Below are positions 27,172 through 36,400 of a stretch of DNA of 64,000 nucleotides, in pieces. Positions within the stretch are counted from its first letter, which is position 1, and each line of letters starts with the position of its first letter. Source of the stretch: an uncultured Acidobacteriota bacterium (lineage in GTDB: Bacteria > Acidobacteriota > Terriglobia > Acidiferrales > UBA7541). A model generated the notes under the pieces. That model searched no databases and was not told where the DNA came from. It saw nothing but the letters and a program-made list of their open reading frames with translations. The stretch covers positions 26,933 to 90,932 of the forward strand of contig CAVWOD010000006.1 of NCBI GenBank assembly GCA_963756355.1, given 5' to 3'. The translations under genes and the position numbers were made by a program.

Positions 27172-29124
27172 ATGAGCGAGTTTGACCCGCACGTCCTGGA
27201 TGAAAAGCGAATTGCGCCGCCGGAGGAATTCAGCAGCCGGGCCCGCGTCAAGTCACTGGAACAGTATCAGGAGATGTACGATCGGGCCGCGAAGGATCCG
27301 GAAGCTTTTTGGGGCGAACAGGCGGGGATGCTCGACTGGTTTGAGACGCCGACTAAAATATTGGAATGGGAGGTGCCGCATGCCAAGTGGTTTGTGGGAG
27401 GCAAACTCAACGTTGCCTACAATTGCCTGGACCGTCACCTGGAAAAGAACGGGAATAAGCCCGCAATCTATTGGGAAGCCGAAGATGGCGCGACACTGCA
27501 ATACACGTACGCCGAGCTGCACGAGCGCGTTTGCAAGTTTGCAAACGTGCTGCTGACGTTGGGAGTGAGGGCCGGGGATTGCGTGGCGATTTACCTGCCG
27601 ATGATCCCCGAATTGCCGATTTCGATGCTGGCCTGCGCTCGAATCGGCGCGGTGCATTCGGTGGTGTTCGGAGGATTCAGCGCTCCGGCGCTGGCGGACC
27701 GGATCAAGGATGCCGGATCGAAACTGCTGATCACCGCCGATGGCGGATATCGCCGGGGACGAGTGATCCCCCTAAAAGAAACGGCGAATGCAGCGGCCGA
27801 TAGCTGCCCGACGATTGAGAAAGTGATTGTCGTCAAACGCACCGGTGAAAAGGTGGCCTGGAAAGAAGGGCGTGATCTGTGGTGGGAAGAATTGGAAAAG
27901 AAAGAGAATTCGAGCTGCCCGGCCACGCCGTTTGATTCGGAACAACCGCTCTACATCCTTTATACCAGCGGCACAACCGGGAAACCGAAAGGCGTGATGC
28001 ACACTTCGGCAGGATATTTGCTGCAATGCATGTGGAGCACGCGGCTGGTATTCGATTTGAAAGAAGAGGATGTGTATTGGTGCACGGCTGATATCGGCTG
28101 GGTGACTGGACACAGCTACATCGTTTACGGGCCATTGGCGAACGGCGTGAGCATGGTGATGTATGAAGGCGCTCCAGACCATCCGCGGCGCGACCGCTTC
28201 TGGGAATTGATCGAGCGCTACAAGGTGACGATCCTTTATAGCTCGGCTACCGCCGTGCGCGCTTTTATGCAATGGGGGGACGACTGGCTGGCCAAGCATG
28301 ATTTATCCAGCCTCAGGTTACTGGGAACAGTAGGAGAACCGATTAACCCGGCCGCTTGGAAGTGGTATTTCGAAGTAATCGGGAAAAACCGCTGCCCTAT
28401 TGTGGATACCTGGTGGCAGACAGAGACAGGTTCGATCATGATTTCACCGCTTCCCGGAGCCACACCGACCAAACCGGGCTCGGCAACGATGCCGCTGCCT
28501 GGCGTGGCCGCCAAGGTGGTGAACATGCAGGGCGTGCCTGTGAAGCCGGGCGAGACCGGTTACCTGGTGATCGAAAAGCCGTGGCCATCGATGTTGCGGA
28601 CCATTTATGGGGACGACGAGCGTTATCGCCGCGATTATTGGGGCAAAATTCCCAATGTCTATTTTACTGGTGACGCGGCCCAATGCGACGCGGATGGCTA
28701 TTTCTGGGTACTGGGGCGAGTGGATGACGTAATCAAAGTGGCTGGCCACCGGCTCAGTTCGATGGAGATTGAGAGCGCGCTGGTGAGCCATGCCGCCGTA
28801 GCGGAAGCGGCGGTAGTGGCGCGGCCTGATGATATCAAGGGCGAGGCGATTGTATGCTTCGTGACGCTGCGGACGGGGCAGGCGCCCAGCCTGGAAATGA
28901 AGCGTCTGTTGTCCGATCACATCGCCAATGTGATCGGCACGATTGCCCGCCCCGCGGAGGTGCGCTTCGCAGATGTGCTGCCGAAGACACGCAGCGGCAA
29001 GATCATGCGGCGGCTTCTGCGGGAGCTTGCGCACAAGGGCGGAATCACGGGTGACACGACTACCCTGGAAGATCTCTCCGTGATCGCCCACCTGGCGCAA
29101 CAGAAGAGTGACGATGAAGTCTAA
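27172..29124 (+). CDS. acs: Acetyl-CoA synthetase
   Basis: 650 aa with [12 protein letters not shown], the WWQTETG hinge and the C-terminal [11 protein letters not shown] motif. GGAGG precedes the ATG. Confidence 0.95.
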   Translation: MSEFDPHVLDEKRIAPPEEFSSRARVKSLEQYQEMYDRAAKDPEAFWGEQAGMLDWFETPTKILEWEVPHAKWFVGGKLNVAYNCLDRHLEKNGNKPAIYWEAEDGATLQYTYAELHERVCKFANVLLTLGVRAGDCVAIYLPMIPELPISMLACARIGAVHSVVFGGFSAPALADRIKDAGSKLLITADGGYRRGRVIPLKETANAAADSCPTIEKVIVVKRTGEKVAWKEGRDLWWEELEKKENSSCPATPFDSEQPLYILYTSGTTGKPKGVMHTSAGYLLQCMWSTRLVFDLKEEDVYWCTADIGWVTGHSYIVYGPLANGVSMVMYEGAPDHPRRDRFWELIERYKVTILYSSATAVRAFMQWGDDWLAKHDLSSLRLLGTVGEPINPAAWKWYFEVIGKNRCPIVDTWWQTETGSIMISPLPGATPTKPGSATMPLPGVAAKVVNMQGVPVKPGETGYLVIEKPWPSMLRTIYGDDERYRRDYWGKIPNVYFTGDAAQCDADGYFWVLGRVDDVIKVAGHRLSSMEIESALVSHAAVAEAAVVARPDDIKGEAIVCFVTLRTGQAPSLEMKRLLSDHIANVIGTIARPAEVRFADVLPKTRSGKIMRRLLRELAHKGGITGDTTTLEDLSVIAHLAQQKSDDEV

Positions 29125-29163
29125 GGAATGGCAAGTCGCGCGACGTGATTTCTTCGGCTGGTA

Positions 29164-29952
29164 CTAATTTGAGGATGGCTCGAACAGTTTGGCGGCGACG
29201 CGGGTAACCAGCCGGCGCGGGGCGAGCCGCTGGCCTTGGACACCAAGTCGATTAGCCGTTCCGGAAATTACACTGCTTTTTCCCTTCGCTAGAGCCTCCA
29301 AACCAACTTGTGCCACTTTTTCGGCTGATTCCGCATGACGGAATGAGCGGTCTGGCTGGCCGGCGACCTGTTGGAATTCCGTGCGTGTGGAACCAGGACA
29401 TAGCGCGCAGACCCGCACGCCGAATCCCTTTACTTCTTCAGCCAGGGCTTCGGCAAAAAGCAGGTCGAATGCTTTGGAGGCAGCGTAAGTGGTAATGTAT
29501 GGAACACCTTGAAACGCTGCCGTGGAAGCCACGATGAGAATGTCTCCGCGTTTCCGCTCGATCATTCCCGGAAGATAGAGGTGAGTGAGGTGGACTACGG
29601 CGGAAACGTTTACCTGGATCATCTGGAGCTGGCGGGCCCGGTTGGACTTCTGGAATGCGCCATAGGCTCCAAAGCCGGCATTGTTTACGAGCAGGTCTAT
29701 TTGGATTCCCTTCGCTTGCGTGAAGGCGAATATTTCATCGGGGGCATTGGGGAGAGATAGGTCGGCGGCGTAAAATTCGGTTCGAATTTTGTTCTTTTCG
29801 CTGAGCTTGGCAGCCAATTGCTCGATGCGCTGGTGGCGCCTGGCGGTCAATACGAGATTCGTTCCCACTGCCGCCAACTTCTCGCAGATCGCGCGGCCAA
29901 TTCCGGCGCTAGCGCCTGTTACGAGCGCCCACTTCCCTTTCCAGCGATCCAT
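29164..29952 (-). CDS. SDR-family oxidoreductase
   Basis: WALVTGASAGIGRA, NNAG and YAASKAF motifs. Start at ATG 29952. Confidence 0.85.
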   Translation of the reverse strand: MDRWKGKWALVTGASAGIGRAICEKLAAVGTNLVLTARRHQRIEQLAAKLSEKNKIRTEFYAADLSLPNAPDEIFAFTQAKGIQIDLLVNNAGFGAYGAFQKSNRARQLQMIQVNVSAVVHLTHLYLPGMIERKRGDILIVASTAAFQGVPYITTYAASKAFDLLFAEALAEEVKGFGVRVCALCPGSTRTEFQQVAGQPDRSFRHAESAEKVAQVGLEALAKGKSSVISGTANRLGVQGQRLAPRRLVTRVAAKLFEPSSN

Positions 29953-30060
29953 TTGCAGGGTCCCCCTATGGAGAATGGGAAATAAGAGCACAATTTATAC
30001 TGTTTTGCAGAGGAAAATAAGTGGAGGACGAAGGGAAAATTAATTAAAGCAGCCTTGAAC

Positions 30061-30312
30061 CTAAGCAGCGCGTGGACGATCAGACGGAAGCACAGCTTCG
30101 CGGAGCCGCACGCCCTGTTTTTTCATATGATCGAGCAATCGGCGAGCCCAAACGAATTCCGCAGCCAAGAGGCTAAGTGCAAAGAGGATAGTAAGCCATC
30201 CGGGACCGGGAGTGAGGAGCATGACAACTCCGACGGACAACAAAGTGTAACCACCTGCGATTTTCAGGTAACGCTTTGCCGCATTCGGCTTCTCTGCTTC
30301 CTTTTCGGGCAA
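30061..30312 (-). CDS. PGPGW-motif small membrane protein
   Basis: 83 aa with two hydrophobic helices and the literal LLTPGPGWL motif. Confidence 0.7.
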   Translation of the reverse strand: MPEKEAEKPNAAKRYLKIAGGYTLLSVGVVMLLTPGPGWLTILFALSLLAAEFVWARRLLDHMKKQGVRLREAVLPSDRPRAA

Positions 30313-30509
30313 CTGGGTTCCTCTCAGCTTCGATGTGTGTTAGATGCAACAGGAAGCATTTCGGATGTTAAAGTTGCAAGTGCAGGGCCAAATTTTTCCG
30401 CCGCGGAGATTTCACAAGCCCTGTGCTGTTAATGGCAAGAGGAAGAGGGCGGAAATATTCAGCGCTGGATCGCTCTCATTCTGGAAAAAATTGCGGACCG
30501 AGGATCGGA

Positions 30510-30992
30510 ATGCAACTCAAAAGCGTGCGAACGGAAATTCCCGAAGGGTCGAATCTAATCCTTGGGCATAGTCACTTCATAAAGACGGCCGAGGACCTTT
30601 ACGAAATTATCGTGAATACGGTGCCCGGCGCCAAGTTTGGCATTGCCTTCAATGAAGCTTCGGGGCCGTGCCTGGTGCGGGTCGAATCCAATGATGACGA
30701 GCTGCGGCGGCTCGCCGTTCAGAATGCGCAAGCGATTGCCGCCGGACACTTGTTCGTTATCCTGGTGCGCCAGGCGTATCCCATTAATCTGCTCAGCCGA
30801 ATCAAGGATTGCCTCGAAGTTTGCTCGATCTTCTGCGCAACCGCGAATCCTGTGGAAGTGATCGTGGCGGAAACGGAACAGGGGCGGGGGGTGCTGGGCG
30901 TGGTGGATGGCTCGTCCCCGAAGGGAGTGGAAGGGGCGGAGGACGTCCGCAAACGCCGGGAGTTCTTACGTAACATCGGCTATAAGCTCTGA
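30510..30992 (+). CDS. Adenosine-specific kinase family protein (PF04008-like)
   Basis: About 160 aa. SHFIKTAEDLYEIIVNTVPGAKFGIAFNEASGPCLVR and ...CATANPVEVIVAETEQGRGVLGVVDG fit my recollection of this family. Confidence 0.6.
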   Translation: MQLKSVRTEIPEGSNLILGHSHFIKTAEDLYEIIVNTVPGAKFGIAFNEASGPCLVRVESNDDELRRLAVQNAQAIAAGHLFVILVRQAYPINLLSRIKDCLEVCSIFCATANPVEVIVAETEQGRGVLGVVDGSSPKGVEGAEDVRKRREFLRNIGYKL

Positions 30993-31390
30993 ACCAAGCC
31001 GGAATATTCGAGCGGAAATTGCTTTCTGGCATAGTTCAGTGGATCGTTTTGGGGAGCCCGAATGCTTGCGGCTCGCCAACATCTTTCCTTTTTGTGCCGA
31101 GCATGCTCCTGTTTGCTTTGGCCGGAGGGCGGATGGCGCACGGGAATGGGTATTGAGTACCGGCCTGCTCGATGCTGCTCTTGGGTCTGGGCGGCATAGG
31201 TCGCTATCGCAAAGGTTCAAGCCGCCGGCACCCAAAGCCGAACTTTTTGGAAAACAATCCTAGGTGAAATCGGAATCAAGATCACGTTTCCCATGGCTCA
31301 GGCCGCCCGGATTGTGAACATGATCCCGAAAGAATGAGGTGGGGCCAGTGGCATCGTGAAGATCGAACGGTACGTCGATTGGAAGATGAA

Positions 31391-31483
31391 TGGCGGAGAG
31401 GGTGGGATTTGAACCCACGAGCCCGGTTTTGCCAGGCTACCCGCTTTCGAGGCGGGCTCTTTCAACCGCTCAGACACCTCTCC
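31391..31483 (-). tRNA. tRNA-Ser (anticodon CGA), CCA encoded
   Basis: The reverse complement folds as a cloverleaf. Acceptor GGAGAGG/CCTCTCC. Anticodon arm CCCGC-CTCGAAA-GCGGG. Long variable arm GCCTGG..CCGGGC. T-arm GTGGG-TTCAAAT-CCCAC. Discriminator G followed by CCA. Confidence 0.9.
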
Positions 31484-31593
31484 GTGCCGGTTGATCAGCA
31501 GCAAGATTAGCAGAGGAGTTGGCGGCGAACAACTGGCGCTGCCGCGGAACGTGACGAGACCAGAAGCGGAACGGCGGCGCTGCCGCAAATGAT

Positions 31594-33183
31594 CTATCGC
31601 GAATTCGACTTCGGCAAGAGAGCAATTTTCAATCGCCCATTTTCGTGCCAGCCGGCAATGATGCGATTCGCAAGCGGGAAGGGCCGATCCGGATCGCTAT
31701 ACTCCTTGGCCAGCGAAGGCGGATCCAGAATCCAGATAGGGCCATACTTCCCAATCCACAAACTGTGGCGATGTCCGCTGATGACGGCGAACTCCGCATT
31801 CGGCCTCTGCACCACGGCTTTTTCGAGAATGGTAAGCAGCTTTTGTCCACTGGTAGCCTGGTTCCCCAGCGATCCGTATTCAAAGATCTCAGTTCCCTGC
31901 CAGGACCAGGGAAACCACCAACGATCGGGACCGCTTCCCAGGATTTCATCGCTGCGTCCGGTGGGAGGATGATGATCCAGGATGAAAATTGTATCCAGGC
32001 TGGAGGGCAGCCCGGTGTCCAGCAGCGCGACCAGCGCCCGTAATTGGTCATCATCGATGTCGCCAAAGGCGGTTCCGTCTTCCCTCTGGCCGGAAGAAGA
32101 ATTGAGGATGATCACGGCGGTTCGGGAATCCGAACCGACCCAGTAAAGAGGAAATGCCGTACTAATCAGGGAATTCCAAAACTGTTCCCGCCGGGATTGC
32201 ACGACGCGTTCCAGCAAAAGAACCGGCGGCAAACCGATGGGCTTTCCGCGCCAGTCCCGGGGAGCAAAGACGTTCCACTCTTCGTCGGATTGGCGTTGTA
32301 AATTCTGCAATTCTTGCGATGTCAGGTTGAGGCTTGGTAGAGCCTTTAATTCCTCGGCCAGATTGCGACCGCTGCGCACTCGAATTTCCGGAGCTTTTTC
32401 AGCGACGAAAGTCAAATATGCCCCCGCCATGCCGGCAATTCCGCCGCGGTCCGGTCCCGTGGAAATGTCGTGGTTGCCAGGAGCCGCCAGCACAGTGAGG
32501 CCAGGGGAAGATTTTTCGATTAACGAGGTGAGAATGGTCCATGCCTTTGGATTCCCGCGATCCGTTAAGTCGCCGGAGATGAGCAAGAGCTTTGGCTTGC
32601 ACGGAAGTCCGCCGAGTAAAGACTGCAATCTAGCCGGGGATGAAAAGCCATTCAACTGGTCAGAAGTATCTCTGGTCGCCTTGATGTGGAAATCGCTCAG
32701 GGCCACGAAATCACAGTCAGCGGGAGAGGTTCGGGAAATCAATTGTTCAATATTCAACTGCTGCGCCTTGGGCACGGCCCGCGACTTCAGAAACCCGCTG
32801 GCTAATATCGCGCCAAAGCAGAAGTACACGAAAACCGCGAGCGTCAACAGTTGAATCAGGTAGAGATTAAATCGCCGTCCGGGCCAGCGCTTGGTCCAGC
32901 ACAGCTTCAGAAACCATCCGAAAATGAGGAAAACCAGAAGCCCCAGCAAGATCGCCATGGACGCGCCGCTCGAAAACGCGGGAGCGACGAACAGAAGCAC
33001 CGCGCTGGCCGCGACCAACGGCAACCAATAAGCTAATAAATTTTCGGGCAGATCCCGCAACGCGACTGCAAATTCTGAATTATTCCCTTCGTCTTTCCGC
33101 GACCGGCTTCTTTCCCCAAGCAAAACAACCACTTCGAACTCGATCAGACAAAGGAGCAGGAAGAATGGAACGGGAGCAGGCAT
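31594..33183 (-). CDS. Polytopic membrane-anchored metallophosphoesterase (calcineurin-like)
   Basis: About 5 N-terminal hydrophobic helices, then the full motif set: ALSDFH, SGDLTDRGN, APGNHD, LDHHPP, SGHRH. Confidence 0.75.
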   Translation of the reverse strand: MPAPVPFFLLLCLIEFEVVVLLGERSRSRKDEGNNSEFAVALRDLPENLLAYWLPLVAASAVLLFVAPAFSSGASMAILLGLLVFLIFGWFLKLCWTKRWPGRRFNLYLIQLLTLAVFVYFCFGAILASGFLKSRAVPKAQQLNIEQLISRTSPADCDFVALSDFHIKATRDTSDQLNGFSSPARLQSLLGGLPCKPKLLLISGDLTDRGNPKAWTILTSLIEKSSPGLTVLAAPGNHDISTGPDRGGIAGMAGAYLTFVAEKAPEIRVRSGRNLAEELKALPSLNLTSQELQNLQRQSDEEWNVFAPRDWRGKPIGLPPVLLLERVVQSRREQFWNSLISTAFPLYWVGSDSRTAVIILNSSSGQREDGTAFGDIDDDQLRALVALLDTGLPSSLDTIFILDHHPPTGRSDEILGSGPDRWWFPWSWQGTEIFEYGSLGNQATSGQKLLTILEKAVVQRPNAEFAVISGHRHSLWIGKYGPIWILDPPSLAKEYSDPDRPFPLANRIIAGWHENGRLKIALLPKSNSR

Positions 33184-33452
33184 CGAGCCCTCGCACGAAA
33201 CATTCGAAGCATCGTTTGAGTAAATCCCCCAGAGATTAAACTAAGCGCGTGCTCCAGCGTCCGAAACGATGAAGATGCTCAGATTCGCGCGCGAGGGCAA
33301 GTGCCTGTTTTTGGTAGTCTAGCAGAAGCCTCGAAATCACTCACAAAATCGCGTGGAATAAGGTTACAAGATGCTCAATGGTTTGCGCATCTGCGCTCTC
33401 GGTTTCCTTCGGTTTCCTGCGGGTTTATCAATATTTGTGAGTACCGGAACTG

Positions 33453-33458
33453 TTGACA
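33453..33458 (+). promoter_or_regulatory. Possible -35 hexamer (TTGACA) upstream of the giant secreted protein gene
   Basis: TTGACA lies 35 nt upstream of ATG 33493. Only a weak -10-like GATTAT follows, at non-ideal spacing. Confidence 0.15.
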
Positions 33459-33492
33459 TTCATTCAGGTACAGCAGAGATTATTTGGCACCT

Positions 33493-36400
33493 ATGAAGAC
33501 ACGTCATCTTGCAGCAACTTCTGTCGCACTGTTTTGCCTGGTCATCAGCGCGGTGGCCTGGCCTAACTGGCGAAGCGCCCCGCTGGCCACGAACAACGTG
33601 AACTCAAGCAGCGCTGCTTCGCCGGCTATCGTTCAACAGTCCATAAATGCAGTGAGAATCGCACCGGCGGCAGCGAGCCTGGGACGCGTGAAGCCATTCG
33701 CGTCAGTGGTGCCTGCGCCGCCTGCCGCGGCGCCCCCGAACGCTCCGGTGCTTTTCGCGCCGAACAATGGGTCGACGGGAATTTCGAGCCCCTCGACGCT
33801 GGATGTGAGCGTTTCCGATCCCGCCGGAAGCAGTATGACGGTTACGTTTTTCGGAAGGCCGGCAGCCACGCCCGGCGCGGACTTCAATTTAATCGTACTG
33901 CCGGATACGCAATATTACTCCTCCACGATGAACGGCGGAACGCCGTCGATGTTTTATGCCCAGACACAGTGGATTGTCAGCAATCAGGCCGCGCTCAATA
34001 TTCCTTACGTTACGAGCGTGGGCGATGTGGTGCAGACCGGCGACAACGACGGGAACAATACGGAGTGGATCGTCGCCGATACCGCTTACAAAATTCTGGA
34101 GAATGCAGGGATTCCTTACGCGGTTGTGCCAGGCAACCACGATGAAGGCAACGACCTGAGCAATCTGGGCAGCGCCAGTATCACGGACCAGTTCAACAAT
34201 TGGTTTGGCGTGTCGCGGTTCACCGGCCGGCCGTATTACGGCGGCCACTTCGGAACCGCCAACGACAATCATTATGATTTGTTCAGCGTCAGCGGTATGG
34301 ATTTTATCGTGATTCATTTTGCGTACGATGAGAGTCCAACAGGGACGCGCTTCCAAAACGTATTGACGTGGGCCAACGGAATTCTAAAACAGTTCCCGAG
34401 CCGGCGGGCGATTCTGGTGAGCCACTACATTCTAAATAATGGCAACCCGGCCACGTTTGGCCCACAGGGACAAACTCTTTTTACCGCTTTGAGCAATAAT
34501 CCGAATCTTTTCCTCACCCTATCGGGGCACATCGGTTTTCCGGGCGAAGGGCAGCGCAGCGATACCGTGAACGGAAACGTGATCCAGAGCGTTATGTCGG
34601 ATTTCCAGGATCGCGCCAGCGGCGGAGACGGCTGGATGCGAATCATGACGTTTTCACCGGCGAATAACACCATCAGTGTGAAAACGTTTTCGCCGGTGCT
34701 GAATCAGAATATGACGGACGTTGGAAGCCAGTTCACGCTGCCCTATAACATGCAGAACAATGGATACGCCGTTCTGGGAACGGTCACGGGCGTGGCGTCT
34801 GGCGCGCGCGCGCAGGCGGCGTGGAACGGGCTCAATGCGAATTCTTCGTATCAGTGGTATGTAACCGTGAACAATGGAACCAGCACCACCACCGGTCCGG
34901 TGTGGAGCTTTACCACCTCCAGCGGCGGGGCGGGACCGGCGGTAAGTCTTTCACAGAGCAGCCTTACTTTCGCAAGCCAGCAAATCAACACCACCAGCGG
35001 TTCACAATCGGTGACATTGACGAATACCGGTGGAGCGACGCTGAACCTGACCAGTATCGTGCCAAGCGGCGATTTCGGGAGCACGAATACTTGCGGCAGC
35101 ACGTTGGCGGCGAATGCGAATTGTTCGATCAGCGTAACGTTCACGCCGACTGCGACGGGGACGCGGACGGGAGCGATCACGATTACCGACAACGCCGCGG
35201 GCAGCCCACATTCGATCAGCCTGACGGGCGTGGGAACTTCACCCAATCCGGTGGCAAGCTTCTCGGTTCCAAGCTTGAATTTCGGGACGCAGCAAATCAA
35301 TACGGCCAGCGCGCCGCAGAGCGTGACTCTTACAAATACTGGGAACTCCGCGCTGACCGTTTCAAACATCGTGGCCAGCGCGCCTTATTCGCAAACAAAC
35401 ACCTGCCCCGCATCGCTTGCCGCGAACGCCAACTGCACGATCAGCGTCACATTTACGCCGACGGCGACGGGCACCCAAACCGGGTCGCTCCAAGTTACGG
35501 ACAATGCTGCGGGAAGCCCGCAATCGGTCAGCTTGACCGGGGTTGGCGCGACAGCGGTGATCTCGGGCGCTTCGCTTTCGACCACCGGCTTGACGTTTGC
35601 CAGCCAAACTACTGGCACCACTAGCGCACCGCAAAGCTTCACATTGACCAATACCGGCAACGGCACGCTGAGCATCACCAGCATCTTGCCCAGCGGAGAT
35701 TTCGCACAGACGAACAACTGTGGCGGCTCGGTGCTTGCCGGGGCTATCTGCACCATCAATGTGACGTTTACGCCCACCGCCACCGGCGCGCGGAGCGGCG
35801 CAGTCACGTTCACGGACAATGCTCCAACCTCGCCGCAAGCTATCACCCTGGCTGGCACGGGGGCAGCTTCGAGTATCAAGTTCATTCAAAGCGCTTCGCT
35901 GGCCAGCACCAGTTCGACCGCGTTGGCGAAAGCGTTCACGTCCGCGACGACGCAGAATAATCTTTTGGTGGTCGGCGTTTACACCTGGGGAGGAACGGTT
36001 TCGAGCGTAACCGATTCCCTGTCCAATACCTTCACACTGGCAACCTCGGGCGCCACCGCCAGCGGCAACAACCTCTACGTTTTTTATGCGATTAGCAAGG
36101 CTTCCGGGGTAGACACGGTGACGGCACATGTATCCGGTGGCGGAGTGATGGAAGACATTCACGAATACTCCGGGATCAGCACCACCTCTCCGCTGGATCA
36201 AAAGAAAGTTTCCCTGGGAACCGGCACGGCCATCAATTCCGGCACTGTGAATACACTGCTGCCCAACGAACTGATTTTTGGGTTTGCCGGCGTGGATGGA
36301 AATTCAGTGACCAGCGCGGGCGCTACCTTTACCTTGCGCCAAAATACCGGCAGCGGCGAACTGAGCGAAGACAAGATCGTCGCAGCCACTGGGGCCTACA

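Noticed and set aside
31140-31263. PEP-CTERM-like tail (hydrophobic stretch plus basic residues) in the gap before tRNA-Ser
   Set aside because: It is readable only by inventing a frameshift, has no PEP tripeptide, and is not attached to any credible upstream ORF.
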